From NCBI GenBank assembly GCA_023266935.1, contig JAHFOF010000003.1:1-57461 (forward strand): DNA of 57,461 nt, given 5' to 3'. The stretch comes from a bacterium. GTDB lineage: Bacteria; Patescibacteriota; Minisyncoccia; Phycocordibacterales; Zambryskibacteraceae. Shown here piece by piece: positions 56,823 through 57,461 of the stretch. The translations under genes were made by a program, and so were the position numbers. Each line of letters opens with the position of its first letter. Position 1 is the stretch's first letter. The notes beneath the pieces were generated by a model. The model saw only the letters and a program-made list of their open reading frames with translations. It searched no databases and was not told the DNA's origin.

Positions 56823-57461
56823 TGATTCATATCCTCATCCCCTTTTTTAATAGAGAACAGTTAACACTCGAGTGTTTAGAATCATTCTCTAAACAAATAC
56901 ACACAGATTATAAAATAACTTTGGTGGACGATGGTTCTACAGATGGTTCAAGTGAATCTATAAAACAAAGATTTCCTGATGTAGAAATAATAAAAACAAA
57001 AGGAGATTTATGGTGGGCCAAATCTCTCAATGTTGGGCTCGAATCAATTCTTCCAAACACAAAAACTGACGATTTTATATTGATTATTAATCAAGATACA
57101 GAGGTTAAACCCGATTATTTGGATAAATTATTAGAGACAAGTTTAACTAATAATCGAGCCATCGTTGGTTCTTTGGTAAAAAATTTTTATGATGAAAATA
57201 TCATTCATTACACTGGAACTACAGCAAATTGGACTAACTACACCTTCCCCAAATCAGTTTTTAACCCTTCTATAAGAATAAACAAAAATGTCGATGGGCT
57301 TATTACCCGAGGAGTATTAATGCCCGTAGAGGTTTTTGAAAAAGTCGGTTTGTACACTCCACTTCTTCCTCATCACGAAGCTGATATAAATTTTTCTATG
57401 AAAGCCAAGCGAGCGGGATTAAATTTGGTGTTAGACAATGAAGCAATCGTCTACAACAAAA
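56822..57461 (+). CDS. family 2 glycosyltransferase (3'-truncated by window edge)
   Basis: My own translation from ATG 56822 (TAATG overlap) is MIHILIPFFNREQLTLECLESFSKQIHTDYKITLVDDGSTDGSSESIKQRF...INQDTEV..., open to the window end. It is not in the ORF track because there is no stop. Confidence 0.8.
   Translation, partial: MIHILIPFFNREQLTLECLESFSKQIHTDYKITLVDDGSTDGSSESIKQRFPDVEIIKTKGDLWWAKSLNVGLESILPNTKTDDFILIINQDTEVKPDYLDKLLETSLTNNRAIVGSLVKNFYDENIIHYTGTTANWTNYTFPKSVFNPSIRINKNVDGLITRGVLMPVEVFEKVGLYTPLLPHHEADINFSMKAKRAGLNLVLDNEAIVYNK

Noticed and set aside
1-57461. Use of an alternative genetic code (code 4 or 25, as in some CPR lineages).
   Set aside because: TGA functions as a stop (e.g. 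murJ ends ..PEIV-TGA at 4135-4137). All conserved genes are full length under code 11, with no in-frame TGA needed.

Overview
This is a 57.5-kb window of a compact, AT-rich (roughly 40% GC by eye) bacterial chromosome that uses the standard genetic code (TGA is a stop, e.g. at the end of murJ). The gene content and style suggest a Patescibacteria/CPR-like organism (inference): Wzy_C/TPR membrane proteins, MYG1, small HTH_17/MerR-like regulators, near-leaderless genes and overlapping stop/start codons. Left arm (1-8.6 kb): valS 3' end, PrsW-like protease, Hsp20, tRNA-Arg(CCU), tRNA-Phe(GAA), glutaredoxin-like protein, FtsB-like protein, lepA, murJ, a Wzy_C-like/TPR protein and RNase P RNA. Centre (9,060-28,553, minus strand): one uninterrupted 19.5-kb ORF encoding a 6,497-aa protein. 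It has a cytoplasmic HTH, one TM helix and about 6,170 extracytoplasmic residues built from tail-fibre/trimeric-adhesin-like parts: about 47 GNVGIGTxxP modules, S/T/N-rich tracts, YadA-head-like repeats, a Cys-containing repeat domain, an internal Peptidase-S74 intramolecular-chaperone domain and a Pro/Thr tail. It is translationally coupled (TAATG) to a small membrane protein. This is the stand-out candidate for an undescribed cell-surface or host-contact system. 28.9-38.8 kb: lepB, a MerR-like HTH, gatB, obg, MYG1, a DsbB-like plus thioredoxin-like pair, secA, an unannotated 25-codon Lys/Arg-rich ORF with its own terminator, and a second Wzy_C/TPR protein. At 38.79 kb all genes switch to the plus strand: gmd, a GDP-mannose-3,5-epimerase-like SDR, Dabb, Nudix, then a tightly packed operon of more than 15.7 kb that runs off the window. 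That operon holds an HTH, a Wzm/Wzt ABC exporter, several glycosyltransferases, four methyltransferase domains, two fusion enzymes, DUF362, an AsnB-like protein, a CgeB-like protein, GtrA and GT2. I saw no rRNA, CRISPR array, transposase or integrase.
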